A stretch of DNA of 64,000 bases from Raillietiella orientalis (lineage: Eukaryota), in contig JAYWIR010000009.1 in assembly GCA_036172245.1 (NCBI GenBank), positions 4,774,001-4,838,000 of the forward strand, read 5' to 3'. Below the pieces are notes generated by a model. That model did not search any database and had not been told where the DNA came from. It worked only from the letters and a program-made list of their open reading frames with translations. This document shows positions 14,000-26,655 of the stretch, one piece after another (the first letter of the stretch is position 1; every line of letters begins with the position of its first letter). Position numbers and translations under genes: made by a program.

Positions 14000-14760
14000 T
14001 TTGTTTTTCGTGCTTGTATAAGTTTTCTCGATATAAATCTTTTGTTCATATCCTTGGCTTTATTTTCGTTTAGCTTCTTCTCTTAGAAGAATGAAACTCA
14101 TCCAGTTGGTGGAGTGTTGAAAAATGCGTATTGCTGGTTTGCAACCGGATAGTCTAAGGTGCACAGAGATCGGGTAAACCCTTTTGTAGTATGGCACTCT
14201 GATACTCTAAGAAAACTTTCGTACGTTTGTGTTTGCACTCTTTCTTGCTGATGGTGAATGCAGCCCATCGCTCCGAATCTTTTCTATAGCAAAACACGGT
14301 CGAGTCTCTTATGGGCATTCACGTTTTTCTATGGATCCTACAGCCAACCACCTGTAACTTTCGTTCCAGAAAAATTCCCACGAAACTGCGTTTCCCTAAG
14401 AAAACAGTGTAAATTGTGTTAACGATGGTTGTCCATGCTGAAGTCGAAATGATCGTTGGATACTTGTGCTTCACTTCATTCTAGTTTATTTTGCTTCTCT
14501 GCACTTTCCTGGCTGCTTGGAGCTTATGGCTAGCGTTCCACTGATTTCGGTGTTAGACTTGCCAAGAGCACAAATCAGGAATTCGGAGCCATCAAGCATC
14601 CTTCCACCTCATTTCGAACTTCCAAAGAATCCTTTCGTTTAGAGGTGCCTTCCATGTATTGGAGAACGTTCTTCTGCCCACTCCAAAAACTTGGTCCATG
14701 AAAGAGACTGCTTCGAGTGCGAGTCGAACTCTACGAGCGGTGCGCTAACAGGGATGACAT
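14000..14760 (+). mobile_element. Highly decayed LINE reverse-transcriptase relic
   Basis: Only faint, correctly ordered remnants: LFLAD near 14240 (YADD-like position) and YLCF near 14460 (KYLG-like position). No open frame. Confidence 0.3.
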
Positions 14761-16682
14761 GTGCAAAGAGGAAAAGAAGAGATGAGTCATTTGTAAAAGA
14801 AAAATAAATGGACTTTCAGTGCGATCAAATGATCATTACTCTCCGAATACTTCCTGGCTCCACTGAAAGTTGGGATTTTCATTGCTAAACATAAAAGTTT
14901 TACCAACATCATTATTTACAAGAAGTGTTCTTGTTATTCCAACATTCACTTTTTTAATTTCCGTTGTAATTCACACACACACACACACATATATATATTA
15001 CATGGAAATAACGCGAGGATTTTCCGGTTACCGGCCTAGGATCGCTTTTGTCTGCTCTTTCAAAGGTTGTCTCACAAAAAGGAAAGACTTTTGGGAAGGA
15101 AGCGTTTTCCATAGCGGAAGGAACTATGAAAGAAACCTGCAGTCTCCTTCCGTACAAATTCTAAAATAAAGTAACGGAGAACTTTACTTGGAAAAGTATT
15201 CCTGTTATGAAAACTGAGCGGTGATACTGTGACCCTTAGTCTCGACTTTTAGTATGCTACGGATGTTTAGGACGAGAACAAGAAAACAGCTGTAGGTGGT
15301 TCCTTTGCCATGAATCATACCATCCCTTGGATCACCACTTCATAATTGCTGAAAGTTAAAATATTTGCAAAAACGCTGCAACCTCTCTATAACAGCTGTG
15401 CGTTCAAGATCTTAGATTTCATACCTATTACTGTACATCTATGCTGCATCTTTGAATCGACTTCCCTGACAATTATAACTTGTTTGAAAATCTAGACGAG
15501 AAACCTAACAAGCTACAATAATCAGAAAATTAGTAGATTCCTAAAATGATATCATAAATTGAGTCTAATCTCAAGAGGAGAATACTGTAAACCATCGATA
15601 AACCGTTTACTTATCTAAAGGGAGCGGTTGCCTGTTTTAAAGAAACTACAGACATCTCGACAAGTAAGTTTGAAAACATCTGTCACAGAATCAAAAGCAT
15701 CTGCACAAGGCAAAATAGGGTGTACACATGACTCATTTTGATTGTATATGGGGAACGATGGTATGTACATTGCAAGATACAGCTGTGTGCTTCAGTCTGC
15801 AAAAAGGCTGTACTGTATGTATCTTGGCAATGAATTTCGAGTAGCATCAATGCTTCATATCTTTCAGGATTTGTAAGAGGGAGAGAAAAACAAAATCAAA
15901 CCAAGAGCAGTCACAACGAAAACCAAACTTGACAAATTCACTGAGTATAACATTTCAGACCAAAATGTAAACTGGTGTCTAATAAAGTCACTGAAGGTGA
16001 AACTATAGAGAAACTACTGGAAAGGTCTCATTCGAGCACTTTTATAGAATTCTCTCAGTCCCAAAACTTCCATCCAACACCGATTATACTTATTTGTAGC
16101 ATGCATTATTGCATGCAAAGCATTCGTATGCCGCCTGATGCAAATCAGACTCCATTTGTACTCTTTTTATGCTTTTTCCGGGGACTCCCGTACTGGATTT
16201 CAAATTTTACAGCTGCTTGCACGGTGTGGTCTATCACAGATCAGGGTTGCAGGGTGCAATTAACTGAAGATTCAAAGCTCAAAAGCGATGCTTTGAAAAT
16301 TTGAATGTTTTATCTATGAGCTCCTTTTTGCCTCGTCGAAGGATCATTATCATTGATTAATGTACTCATCCCTACGAAAGTAGTTTTTGTTCAACTGCAT
16401 GCCAGCAAGCCAATGCTCCCACACGTTTGTCGTGTAGGAAATAAGAGGACTCGAAAACTTGCAATGTACTTTATATCCAGTCTCAGATCTGTTTCCGGTT
16501 TTTTGTTTTGCTGTTTTTGCTCTCACTGCTTTGTCTTTCGGGTGTCGCTCCTCGTCGTGGACTACATGATTCCATATTGAGTGTTCACTTATGTATTGTT
16601 TTGGACTCCATGAAGAGTGGACGGACGTGCACAAACATCCGCAGATTGCACTTTATCAGGTGCAGGGCAAGTCGTGTTCAAC

Positions 16683-17799
16683 ATGGTGAAATCCAAGGAC
16701 ACCGACAACTGTGGTACATATTCACTGGTTGTAGATGGAGGAGTCATAACCGATGACCATCGCGACATTGATTTCATGACGAATAAATTCGGAGGAATAC
16801 CGGTAATAATATGACAAAAATTTAAACGCCAGAAATCAATCAGAAATTCGCTGCCAAAAACTGTGCGTTTTTTAAACTTTGTTTTTCCAGAGATTCCCCG
16901 AAATGTCAATCAGTGCACCTCGTTGTGGGAAGTGTCAACAAAATCTAGTGTTTATTATACAATTGTATGCTCCAGTGTGCTCTACATATCATCGGACGCT
17001 TTATTTTTTTGCTTGCATCAATCCTCTTTGTTGGAACAACAGTGCTAGGTAATGTAAATGTTTGATTACAAAGTGTTTGCATGTTTTGAGTTTTGATTTT
17101 CACAGTCAGTTTTATTTCCAGTTGGTTATGCTTAAGGGTTCAAAAAAGAATAGATAAGCAGGTAGATGTGCTTCCAAAAATTAGCAGTCTTGCATGCCAT
17201 GGAAGTGATATGCCTACGTCGAATTCACATGACTTGAGTGCATCTGCTCAGCTTTCAAATGAGCTTTCCCATTTGTGTGTATCACAGAATCCACAAACTG
17301 AAGTTCAGACAACAAAGTTTGTTCCTCATTACATTGATGTCATCACTGAATCTTCAGCTAACAAAGAAAAAGTTGATGTTTCTTTACAATCATCATCAGA
17401 AAATGAAGTCTTTGAAAAGACTGTACCAAAACATGGTGATATGTATTTCTGGAGGTTCAAAAAAGCTATTGGGAAAAATCCAGAACAATTAGTACGGTAA
17501 TAGTCGCAGTCTTCTATTTCACATGAAATTTTGTATGTAGGTATTGCAGCGAAAAAGGGGCTCCTTTGTTACTATATGAAGATAAAAGCTATTCAAAGGT
17601 AACTTGCAAGAACTGTGGTGGGAAAACTGCATTTGAGTTGCAAATTTTACCAACATTGTTATGGCATCTAAAGCCTCTTTCCGGTGCAGGATCCTTAGAA
17701 TTTGGCACAGTAATTCTATTTAGCTGCAAAAACAGCTGTTGGAAAGAAAATGACGTTTATTTACAAGAATTCCTCTTGGTTCAAGAAGAAAGGGACTGA
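16683..17799 (+). CDS. PDCD2L: Programmed cell death protein 2-like (uS5 chaperone family), 4 exons
   Basis: Spliced product contains TNKFGGIP, CGKC..LVFIIQLYAP..YHRTLYFFACINPLCW, PEQLVRY, CKNCGGKTAFELQILPTL and LEFGTVILFSC..SCW..YLQEF. No MYND finger seen. Introns 16803-16890, 17049-17121 and ~17498-17540. Confidence 0.9.
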
Positions 17800-17840
17800 A
17801 TGTATGGCTGAATATTTATTATGAAAGTAATACACTGTAA

Positions 17841-18769
17841 TCAGACTTTGGACATGGCACATGGACAAAGATGTTTGTTCAGACAGTCACCACAGCGAGG
17901 CTTTGTAGGAAGGCAAATCTGCTGTCCAAATCCAACCAATAAAATATTGAATTCTTCCCACATATGACAAGGGAGCCACTTTTGCAAGGCTTTCTCAGTC
18001 ATTTCAGGAGTTGTGGTGTCTACCCACTTCAGTCTATTACAAATCCGATGCACATGAGTGTCTACACCTATCATCACAAGTCAAAGTATTTATTTCTGGT
18101 GATATCAGATAATATACCGATGCCAGTAATCTGTCCCCATGCAATCTTCATACACAAGTGTGCCATTTTGGGGCCCACTCCTGGCAATTCACATAGCTCC
18201 TTATATGTTTGTGGAATGTCATAGTCATACTTTTCAGCAAGAAGTGAAGCAACCTGCTTGATGAATTTAGCTTTTCTCTGTAAAAGTTAAGTTAAAAAAT
18301 CAGGTGCTCTTTAACTGACCTTCCAGAATCCTACAGGATATATTAATTCACCTATCTTTGCTTCTGTAGTTCTTAACGTATGCTTAACAGTCAGTCCGTA
18401 CTTCTGCAAATTCTTCATGGCTGTATATGTAACTCGATCCTTAGTTTGGCTGGAGAGCATCAGCGAAGTCAAGCAGTGATATCTGTAATCCTTCACAACA
18501 CATTAATTCTGAGGTACACAAGTCACCTTGATTAGCACTCTGCTCAGGTTAAAGGCGACGAAAAGTATGGTGTGCAACGTGGTTACCTTTGAATCTATAT
18601 TTTCTAGCAAGCATTCCTTACATCCCATGCTATCTACGGCAGCATCCCTTTTTTCCCGCATCAAGCGGATATTCTCGTATGCCACCTTCCAATTCGAGTC
18701 GGGTTCCTCCGTGGAGCTTTCACGCCGTCGCTCGTACTTTATGCGTATTTTTTTCTTTGGTGGAGCCAT
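17841..18769 (-). CDS. NTHL1: Endonuclease III-like DNA glycosylase/AP lyase, 4 exons
   Basis: Motifs [30 protein letters not shown], the helix-hairpin-helix [19 protein letters not shown] and the 4Fe-4S motif [18 protein letters not shown]-terminal PPKKK resembles an NLS. Confidence 0.96.
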
Positions 18770-19399
18770 GACACCAAAACCACGCAAACACCTTAGCAAC
18801 TTTATGCTCTTATTGGTAAAAGATGTTGTCAATGCATATCGGCACCGTGACAGGCAATCGTCGTTTGACCGGTTTGCACTCGACTCCAATTAAAGATCGC
18901 GTCATTTTGAAAGACTTCAGGCAGCGCGCCTACAAAAAACGACAGGAAACATCAAAAACTCGGTTTCAAATGGCTTCTGTTTGCTGAGGAGGAGTATCAG
19001 AACAACTTTTCGACGCCGGAATCACCGAAGCATTGCATCCCAAGGATAATTTGCGCCGTTTTGTATAAAAGAGAACATAATTTATGTACGAAGGAATCAC
19101 GACTCGTAATCACGCAAGCAGTTTGAAGAACAAACTGCTTGCGTGATTGCAGACTGAAGAACAGTCTTTAGTTGCAACTGAATGGGACCGGAGATCAAGT
19201 GCCCAGCAAACCGCCGATCCCTTCCACTGCCTCGAGCTCAGGTCAAGCCTCCTACACTGAGGTCAGCAGGAACGCATAGTTTCTAAGCTGGTGGGTGCAG
19301 ATCAGTTTGCTAAATTTTATATCTGCTGTAGATTCACGAACTGTGTGATTGCAAGACTAACTCTGAACTTTCAAAATTCTATGGAACTGCCAAATCCTG

Positions 19400-20700
19400 G
19401 AGTTTTTGTGGCCACGCCCTACTGGGCCTCTGTAAAGAAAATCTAGAGTTTGGATAAACCACGTGGATTCCACATGGCTAAGTGTTCGTTCTCCCAAATA
19501 GTTTAGACGTTCCTTTTACAGAAACAGAGAAGCATCCGGTGGACACCAAGGGCTATCTCTTATCAGAGACGAAATCATGAATTATCAATTGAGGGCCATA
19601 TCAAATACCCAAAAGATTAATAATTTATGCATACTACCATAAGCACTATACTGAACTCAAGTGAATACAGAGTATTGAAATGCAGCTTCAATTTGTGTGT
19701 AGAAAAAAGGGCATCTCCACAAGAATTGCTGAGGAAATTGAATAATTAGCATCAACATTGCAACAATGTTAATAACCATTAACATTACTGAAAATAAGCT
19801 CTCATCGTATCAATAACAAAGGAGTAACAGTTGCAAATTGCAAAGATAACAAAACTAGCTGACATGCAATTAGATTACATGGCTATTTCTGAAATACATG
19901 AATGTCTGTCGCAAACCACCATATTTTTTGTTAATCGTTTCCTTCAAGTATTGTCCAAAAAATTGATCCAAATTTGGAAATTTCCAACTCCACTTTTAGA
20001 AAAAAAACTATCAAAATTTTATTAAGAATGTTCAGTATAGGTTTCAGTCTGCCTTTAGTTGCCTTCAGAGGCCAACGAGATCACACGAATGGTCTATCCA
20101 GAACTGTTGAGTCTGAGATAGTTGAAACTAAAAAGTTAAAAACCACGCTTTGGATTATATGGAGAAGGCGAATTTTGTTTTTCTTAAAGTTCCAGGAATG
20201 TGCAAACAGATTTTATTATATTTTTCGATTTGAGAAACCAATGCTTTCGATGCAAAACTGAAATTTTTATGTTGCTTGCATTTTGACAATATCCTGTTCT
20301 ACAGTTGCATGACTTCAAGTTTGTAGAAATCGTAGCAGTTCAAGAAGAAAAATTGCTTCGGGAGATCGGTATTAAAGATGATGTTTCCGCATGATGGCTA
20401 TTTCCAATCCACACTGTGAAATACTTATAAGTTCATCGATAAAAGGCTAATTATATTGAATTCTGCTACAGTACACCATTTTGCAAGCTCGGTGAAACGC
20501 CAATGTGTACTTAAAGGTCTCATTTCATTCGGATGATTACACACAAAACGAGTTCAATACGACGTGCTCAATAGATCAACCAATGATGAAATGAAGTATG
20601 CTAGGAACTAACCAACCGAATTATCATGGAATAAATGACAAAATTATCTAAATTCTCTAACTGTCGTAATTTGATGCTAAGAATACTTAAAAGTCTTCTT
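19400..20700 (+). mobile_element. Old AT-rich LINE ORF2 relic
   Basis: Weak ordered remnants (LSLIRD near 19560, KITKLAD near 19850) with many stops. Confidence 0.3.
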
Positions 20701-22361
20701 ACTTAGTAAGCAGGCTATTATATATTACATTTCCCTGCCCGGAGGCAGAGCAGTTCGCCAAGCTCCTCAATAGAAAACTTTATTCAATTCATATTTACGA
20801 AAAGCAGTATACAGGCTTTCCCTGGAAATGAGATTCTGGTTACTTGTCATGGTGATTTTCCTCGAACTTGTTTTACAACCAACAGTCACATTCTGTGATC
20901 AAGGTGTCATCCTATCCGTATTAGGAAGTGTGTCTACTTCAGTGGTGATTATCACTGACGTGGACTCAAAATAGAATAAAATATGAACTATTCAGAGAGT
21001 CCGAGGAATTGACAGTCATTTTCTCTAGCATCTTTGACTTATCTTGTAGTCCCCTGTAAACTGCTAACATAGCTGAATTAATGTGTTCTCGAGAATAACT
21101 TACTACCGTGTGAAGAAAAATAATGAAAATGGAATAGTTTCGCCGCTTATAGCTTGTAACTTTAAAACTTAGCATAGAATAACGCAAATTCCGCAGACGT
21201 TTGAATGAAAAAACATGCAAAATCAGTATGTACTCCACTCAAGACCTTAATAATAATAATAAAAAAAACAACCTTCAAATCGGGAACACTGCATAGCCTA
21301 CGGCTACAAATTGCTGCAGAGTGTCACCTCTCATGCTATCCGTATGTTTTTCATATACCCTAAGAAAAGTACAATGATTAGGAAACGAAGCTTATGTACA
21401 AGAAATTACAACAGAACTAATGAAAACTAAAATGAAAATAATTTGCTTTAATTCCGAGGGTTCTAAATAGTGAAAAAGACCGTAGTTACATTTAGAGAAG
21501 CAGTCATACACACTTTTATTCAGAAAGGCTACAAATCAGGAACGTTGAAAACAACTTCCTGGTCAACAATTTTTGCAGTCGCCCGTGAAATGATGAAGAA
21601 TTACTGTCTTGGAGAATATCAGGAATTTTTGACTTTTTCCAGCAATGATTTTGGTATGTATGAAGAACATTCCGCAACGATATATCCAAGAAAGGGATGT
21701 TTTCTTCGTCGCGTCATTAATAATGCGTCAAGCAAAGTTTCAAATAAATGTTGTGGAAGTGAATGATATAATCAGTATACTATTCTAATCATTTTTGAAG
21801 TATGAAAATCTATATTCAATAAAGGTTATTTGGCTTTTATGTACTTGCAGAAGGGAAGATTGATAATGAATTAGCAGTCTAAACCTACTAATTGCTCCAA
21901 GTATTCTTTACAGAAATTCAGTGGGGATGGAACGAAAAATACTTATCAGATAGAATCGACATTCCGGTGAAGAAATTTTCTACCTCACCTGTTGTGTAAA
22001 TACCACGGTGGTGATGCCTCTTAACTATATGAATACACAAACAGTTTTTGTATATCATTGGTCTTGGTCATTATTCTGTTTCCTATATTCCTGCTTCACC
22101 TTCCATTTCTAAATAACTCGGTCTTCTCGTGTTTACACTGCTCCACATTTCTTCTGTAGGCTACGAATAAGGGATGAACGTGACACCCCTTGGTGTCATA
22201 GTGTTCCTGTGTGCCGTGGTTTTGTCTCGTACATGGAAATGCGCTCACAAACTATAAGTAACATTCCGGGTACGAATCTGGTATAATGGATTAAGTCGTT
22301 TGTTCCTTGAGTTGATTAATCATTTTTTTTCCGCTGACGTGGTGCACTTCAAAAAATCAGA

Positions 22362-24100
22362 TTTTTTTTTTTTTTTTTTTTATAAACGAAGGTCTCCCTT
22401 GGTGTTTCCTTTTCTGCCCATTGCACAGTTTGCTCCTGACTCTCGTATCTTTTCCATCCCGTTTAGAATTTCGAACCATAGTGTTCCCGAAAATCCTTGG
22501 ACCGTTGCAACGGTCCTTCAACCCTGTCCACAATTCGTGGAGCTGTGGACTGCTTCGAGGACTGCATGTGCAGCCACGCCGGTTCGGTTCCGGAGAAAGG
22601 AGAACTGAAAAGGAAGGCGGCGTCTGTGAAATCGGTAGGATGTCGAATTTCAGGAATCTGCCAGTGGCCGAACGCGAAGCAGCGGGGAAAATTCGTAAAG
22701 GAAGCACATCATTGTGTATTCGAATTAAAATCTGCTCGAACCGAAATTACTTTGTGTGCCATTAGAATTCTGGAAACTCATTCAAATAAAACGTGCCTAT
22801 ATTCGTTGACAGAACAGAGGGTAGATAGGACGGAATTGACGAAGGGAGATTCTCCTTCTCCTCCTCGTGTTTTGTTTGGATTATGCAAAGTTTTGCAGGT
22901 GTGGGAATGAGTAAGGATGACGTGCTGTTATTTTCTTTTCGTGTTTCTGATGACCCGGGAGCAGTCGACGAAGAATGCAGCCTCGAACTGGGACATGTTC
23001 CAAATAACCGTAGGTTATGTACGCTGCATGTACGGTTGTCACGGAGATGCCTAGATGAATTGGAAATTTCTGGCTGCTCTTTGCGACGATCCGCAGCCCA
23101 TTCTTTTTTTTTTTTTTTTTTCCAAGTGCAGGAACTCCCACACCGCCACTCATAAGGTTTTGTTCGTTAAACTCGCCCAGAAAATTTCTCGAGAATGAAG
23201 TCGAACAAAGTTGTGATGGGAGATCACCTTCCATGATGATTACTGCATCTGAGTAGCAATCGCTGGGAAACCTGGGTGTTTTCCCATGGAGTCAAGTAAA
23301 CACGGATGCTCCGTCTGTCTTCAAGCTGGGCTCCCTGCTTCCTTCTGTGAATTCGCGTCCGCGGTTCTGCGAGCACGGGCCGCCAGGTCGGTTTGCATGC
23401 AGCGGCTGCAGCAAAACTCTTCAACTGATTTTATCAAATCCACATCGAGAACTTTGCCGCCACTCTGGCCCGTACTCGACCAACGCCCGTTGTTTACACG
23501 TCCGGATCTATCCCCTAATGATCCCGGAACACCGAACTGGGGTCTAACCGGTAGTTCCACTTTCACTTACTAAGCTTTTACTGATGGGATTTTCCCAGCA
23601 CAAAGTTCCCGAATGAATGAAGGCTGTTTCCAAGTTGGAAAATCAGTCGTGCACCGTCTCTTCGCAGTTTGTACTCTTTCGTTTCATTTTCTGCACGTGC
23701 TACCAAATCGAGGATCGCCTGTGACCACGTTTTCCGCTGGGGGTACGGCTGACCAGCCGAATCCCTTTGGTCCATTCACTCGGGGAAGGCAAAAGCCGCT
23801 TTCGAGTCGGTTAGTCAGAAATTCCTCCTGCACGACCAGGGATCCTCCTACGGTCCTAGGGATGGATCTATTTACGATCGCGTTCCTCCAGGAAAGTCAG
23901 TCAGGCTTCCACGTTCGACACTGCTGTTCCACATGAACCACGATGAACTGCCAGATGGTTTTTCGTGCTGATTTGGAACGGAGGACTGCAACTTCCGAGG
24001 TCGTTTTTCTTCGCCCCATTTTTCTTTCGGCAGTACCCGACACGACATTATTTACCTCCGACTCCCAGAGCATGAAACACTCAGCTCAATACAAAAAACC
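22362..24100 (-). mobile_element. Degenerate Tx1/L1-like element (ORF1 knuckle remnant plus 3' zinc-finger remnant, ending in an A-tract)
   Basis: CSRCMQTDLAAR knuckle-like segment near 23400, LHELWTGLKD matching the family's post-zinc-finger helix near 22530, and a ~20-nt A-run at 22362-22381 on the minus strand. CpG-rich relative to its flanks. Confidence 0.5.
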
Positions 24101-25008
24101 ACCCGAGATTTGCAATTATTCGCAAGCCTGGAGGAAAAACAAACAAACAAACAAAAACACGAAATTTAACTACGGCAACGCTCCGGGGCCTCCACTTTGC
24201 AAGACATCCAACGATGGGGCCACTGCAGATTTTTGTTTTTAAGCATTGTGACGTGTTTCCGCGCTGACAACATCAACTTATCTTCGCCCGACACCGAGCT
24301 CCTCTAGATCTACAAAAAATTCTGAGAATGCCTGTCCCAATTTGCTTTATTTCACTTTCTCATGGTTCAAAATTAAGTAGAACGAGGGGGGGGGGAATGT
24401 GCGGTTGAGTCCAAATAAGGCTTTCACGGCTCGGTATCCTTTGGTTCCAACTTTGGACTTCATGCTATATCGATCCATACCGAATGCAGCAACTCGACCA
24501 GCAGTTCCGTTTTACTTGCACATTTCGTTAAAGAGCTTAAAATTTAAAAACGTAACACGGGGTGAATATGCTACACAAAATCGCTGCACAAATAGGCCGG
24601 AGAATGAAGTGGTTTTAAAAGTTTTGCTCACATGAAACAATGGTAACGAACTCCCTTAAAATGTTATGTGACTATAGTTTGCTAAAGCAGGTCTACTATT
24701 GAAAGTCTAGACAGTGTGGCAACAAGTAACTGTATTGTCTAGCACAGAAAAATTTGAAATCTGCTTACCCTCTCCATTTTGAAAACATTCACTAGTACAA
24801 GTGAGAAACAATATGAATCGGCTATTCCAGATTTCACGGTAGAAACCAGTTCATTATGTAACAGACACTTTTAAATTACTTCAAACAATCCAATAACACA
24901 GGCTACGAAAAAACTTCATAATACATCTTTCACCAAGTGACATCCCAATTCACATCCAGCACACATACTTAGGCAGGAAATATCTGTACCTCAACTTTTT
25001 GTATTCTC

Positions 25009-25051
25009 AGGGGGGGGGGGGAGAGAGAGAGAGAGAGAGAGAAAAAAAAAA
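25009..25051. repeat. Compound poly-G/(GA)n/poly-A tract downstream of GET4
   Basis: Directly visible. Confidence 0.9.
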
Positions 25052-25322
25052 TTCAGCAATATGAACTCCAACACATGACAATATATAGTTTCCTTTCTAT
25101 TACCATATGCACTTTTAGAAGGCAGAATGTTGCTAAAAAATCAGCATGTGGTTAACAATTAGTCATAAAGAAACAACTATTGCTAGTAAGGTCTATCATT
25201 TAACAGGGAGAAGGGCATTTCCACTGACTGAGAATGATTCATTGAACTAATGTGAAGAAGAAAACAGCAGTGCCATCACATTGGTTGCCACGTATCTTCA
25301 AAAGGCATCCTGACTTTTTAAC

Positions 25323-26655
25323 TTAATCCACCTCCTCACTGCAAAGAGAAAGTTCAGATTCTCCTCCACCACTTGCTTCCATTTCATCTCCTTCTGATGC
25401 ATCAGAATTCATCTCACTGACCAGAGATTGCAGTAGTCGACCTGTACTATGTATGTTGTAAAATAGAAGATTGTACTTAAATTACCAAAAATTCCCTGTG
25501 GTCGTGCTTTTGGTACTGGTAATCCAAAAAAAATTTGGCCAATTCTGTCAAGATAATCTTTATATGTAGGATCTTTACAAAGACTCAACTGATACTGGTT
25601 GCATAAAACTGTGAACAAAGCTATTCTCCCACTGTCCTAAATTAGTATCAAACATTTTGCATACACATACCTCTCAATTGATAATAGCAAGAACCATACA
25701 AAATTTAATAATGGTAAAAGAAATGGTGGTTCTGCACGAATACTAGGATGATTTTTTGTGTATATGCTGAAGACAATATTAGCTGTTGCTTTATTTCGAA
25801 GACACAAATATCTGCAAACACTTGAAGATCTAGGATTACCACTACAAGAACTCACTGCAGAACTGTCTGGGCAATAAACAAATCCACTTCAGTAGCATAC
25901 CCACTACTAGTATGATATTCTATTAGCATAATAGCACATCCTTCTCCATCACAAGAATGAAGGAAGTGAAAGATGGACTCGGAATAATTTTTCTCTAAAG
26001 AAATTCAAATATAGTCAAAAGAATATATAATTACCTTTCCACAGAATATTTGCAATCAGACCATGGAACTTTGGATGAGCAACTGTGGGGGAGACTTGCT
26101 TGGACCATTTAAAAGCATTACTGGAAAAAGCAGTTCTCTCCACTGATTCTGGAGCCATCATGCTATATAATCTTTACAAATATTATAATTAAAAATATTT
26201 CCCTTTATCATATGCCAAGTTTTAATAGTTTTCTAAACTAGCATAACATTTACAAAACACACACAAATAAATAGTACTTTGCCAAAATCTCAACAACAGC
26301 ATCCAAATCAACTGGTGGAGCCTTGTATAATACATCAACATACAAAGTGGCAAGATCCACTCCACTTCCTGGCTAAAAAACGCAAAGAGTTGTTTGCACT
26401 GACATGATGGATATCCTTGCCTGGTCATGGCTGAACATAAGAAAGGCTCCTTCTTTCAACAACTGTAATAATTCTGAATACTGCTTACTCTTGCAAAATC
26501 TGGACAAGAAATCAGTCACACAAATTTGACAAATTAACTGCATCATACCTAAAATATAGCGACTTATACAGCTGATGAGCTTCATAATAATTTTGTTTGT
26601 CTATTGCCTGGGCTAATTTCAAATGAACTCTATGAACTCCACTTTTTGCAGACAT
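25323..26655 (-). CDS. GET4: Golgi-to-ER traffic protein 4 (TRC35), 8 exons
   Basis: Spliced product contains [81 protein letters not shown] and [17 protein letters not shown], ending EEVD*. Intron 2 (26420-26373) is GC-AG. Confidence 0.95.

Noticed and set aside
22499..22516. 18-bp perfect palindrome GGACCGTTGCAACGGTCC
   Set aside because: Only 9-bp arms inside a decayed LINE, plausible by chance in 64 kb.
26411..26418. ATATCCTT, the U12-type donor consensus
   Set aside because: It lies on the strand opposite to GET4, so it is coincidental.
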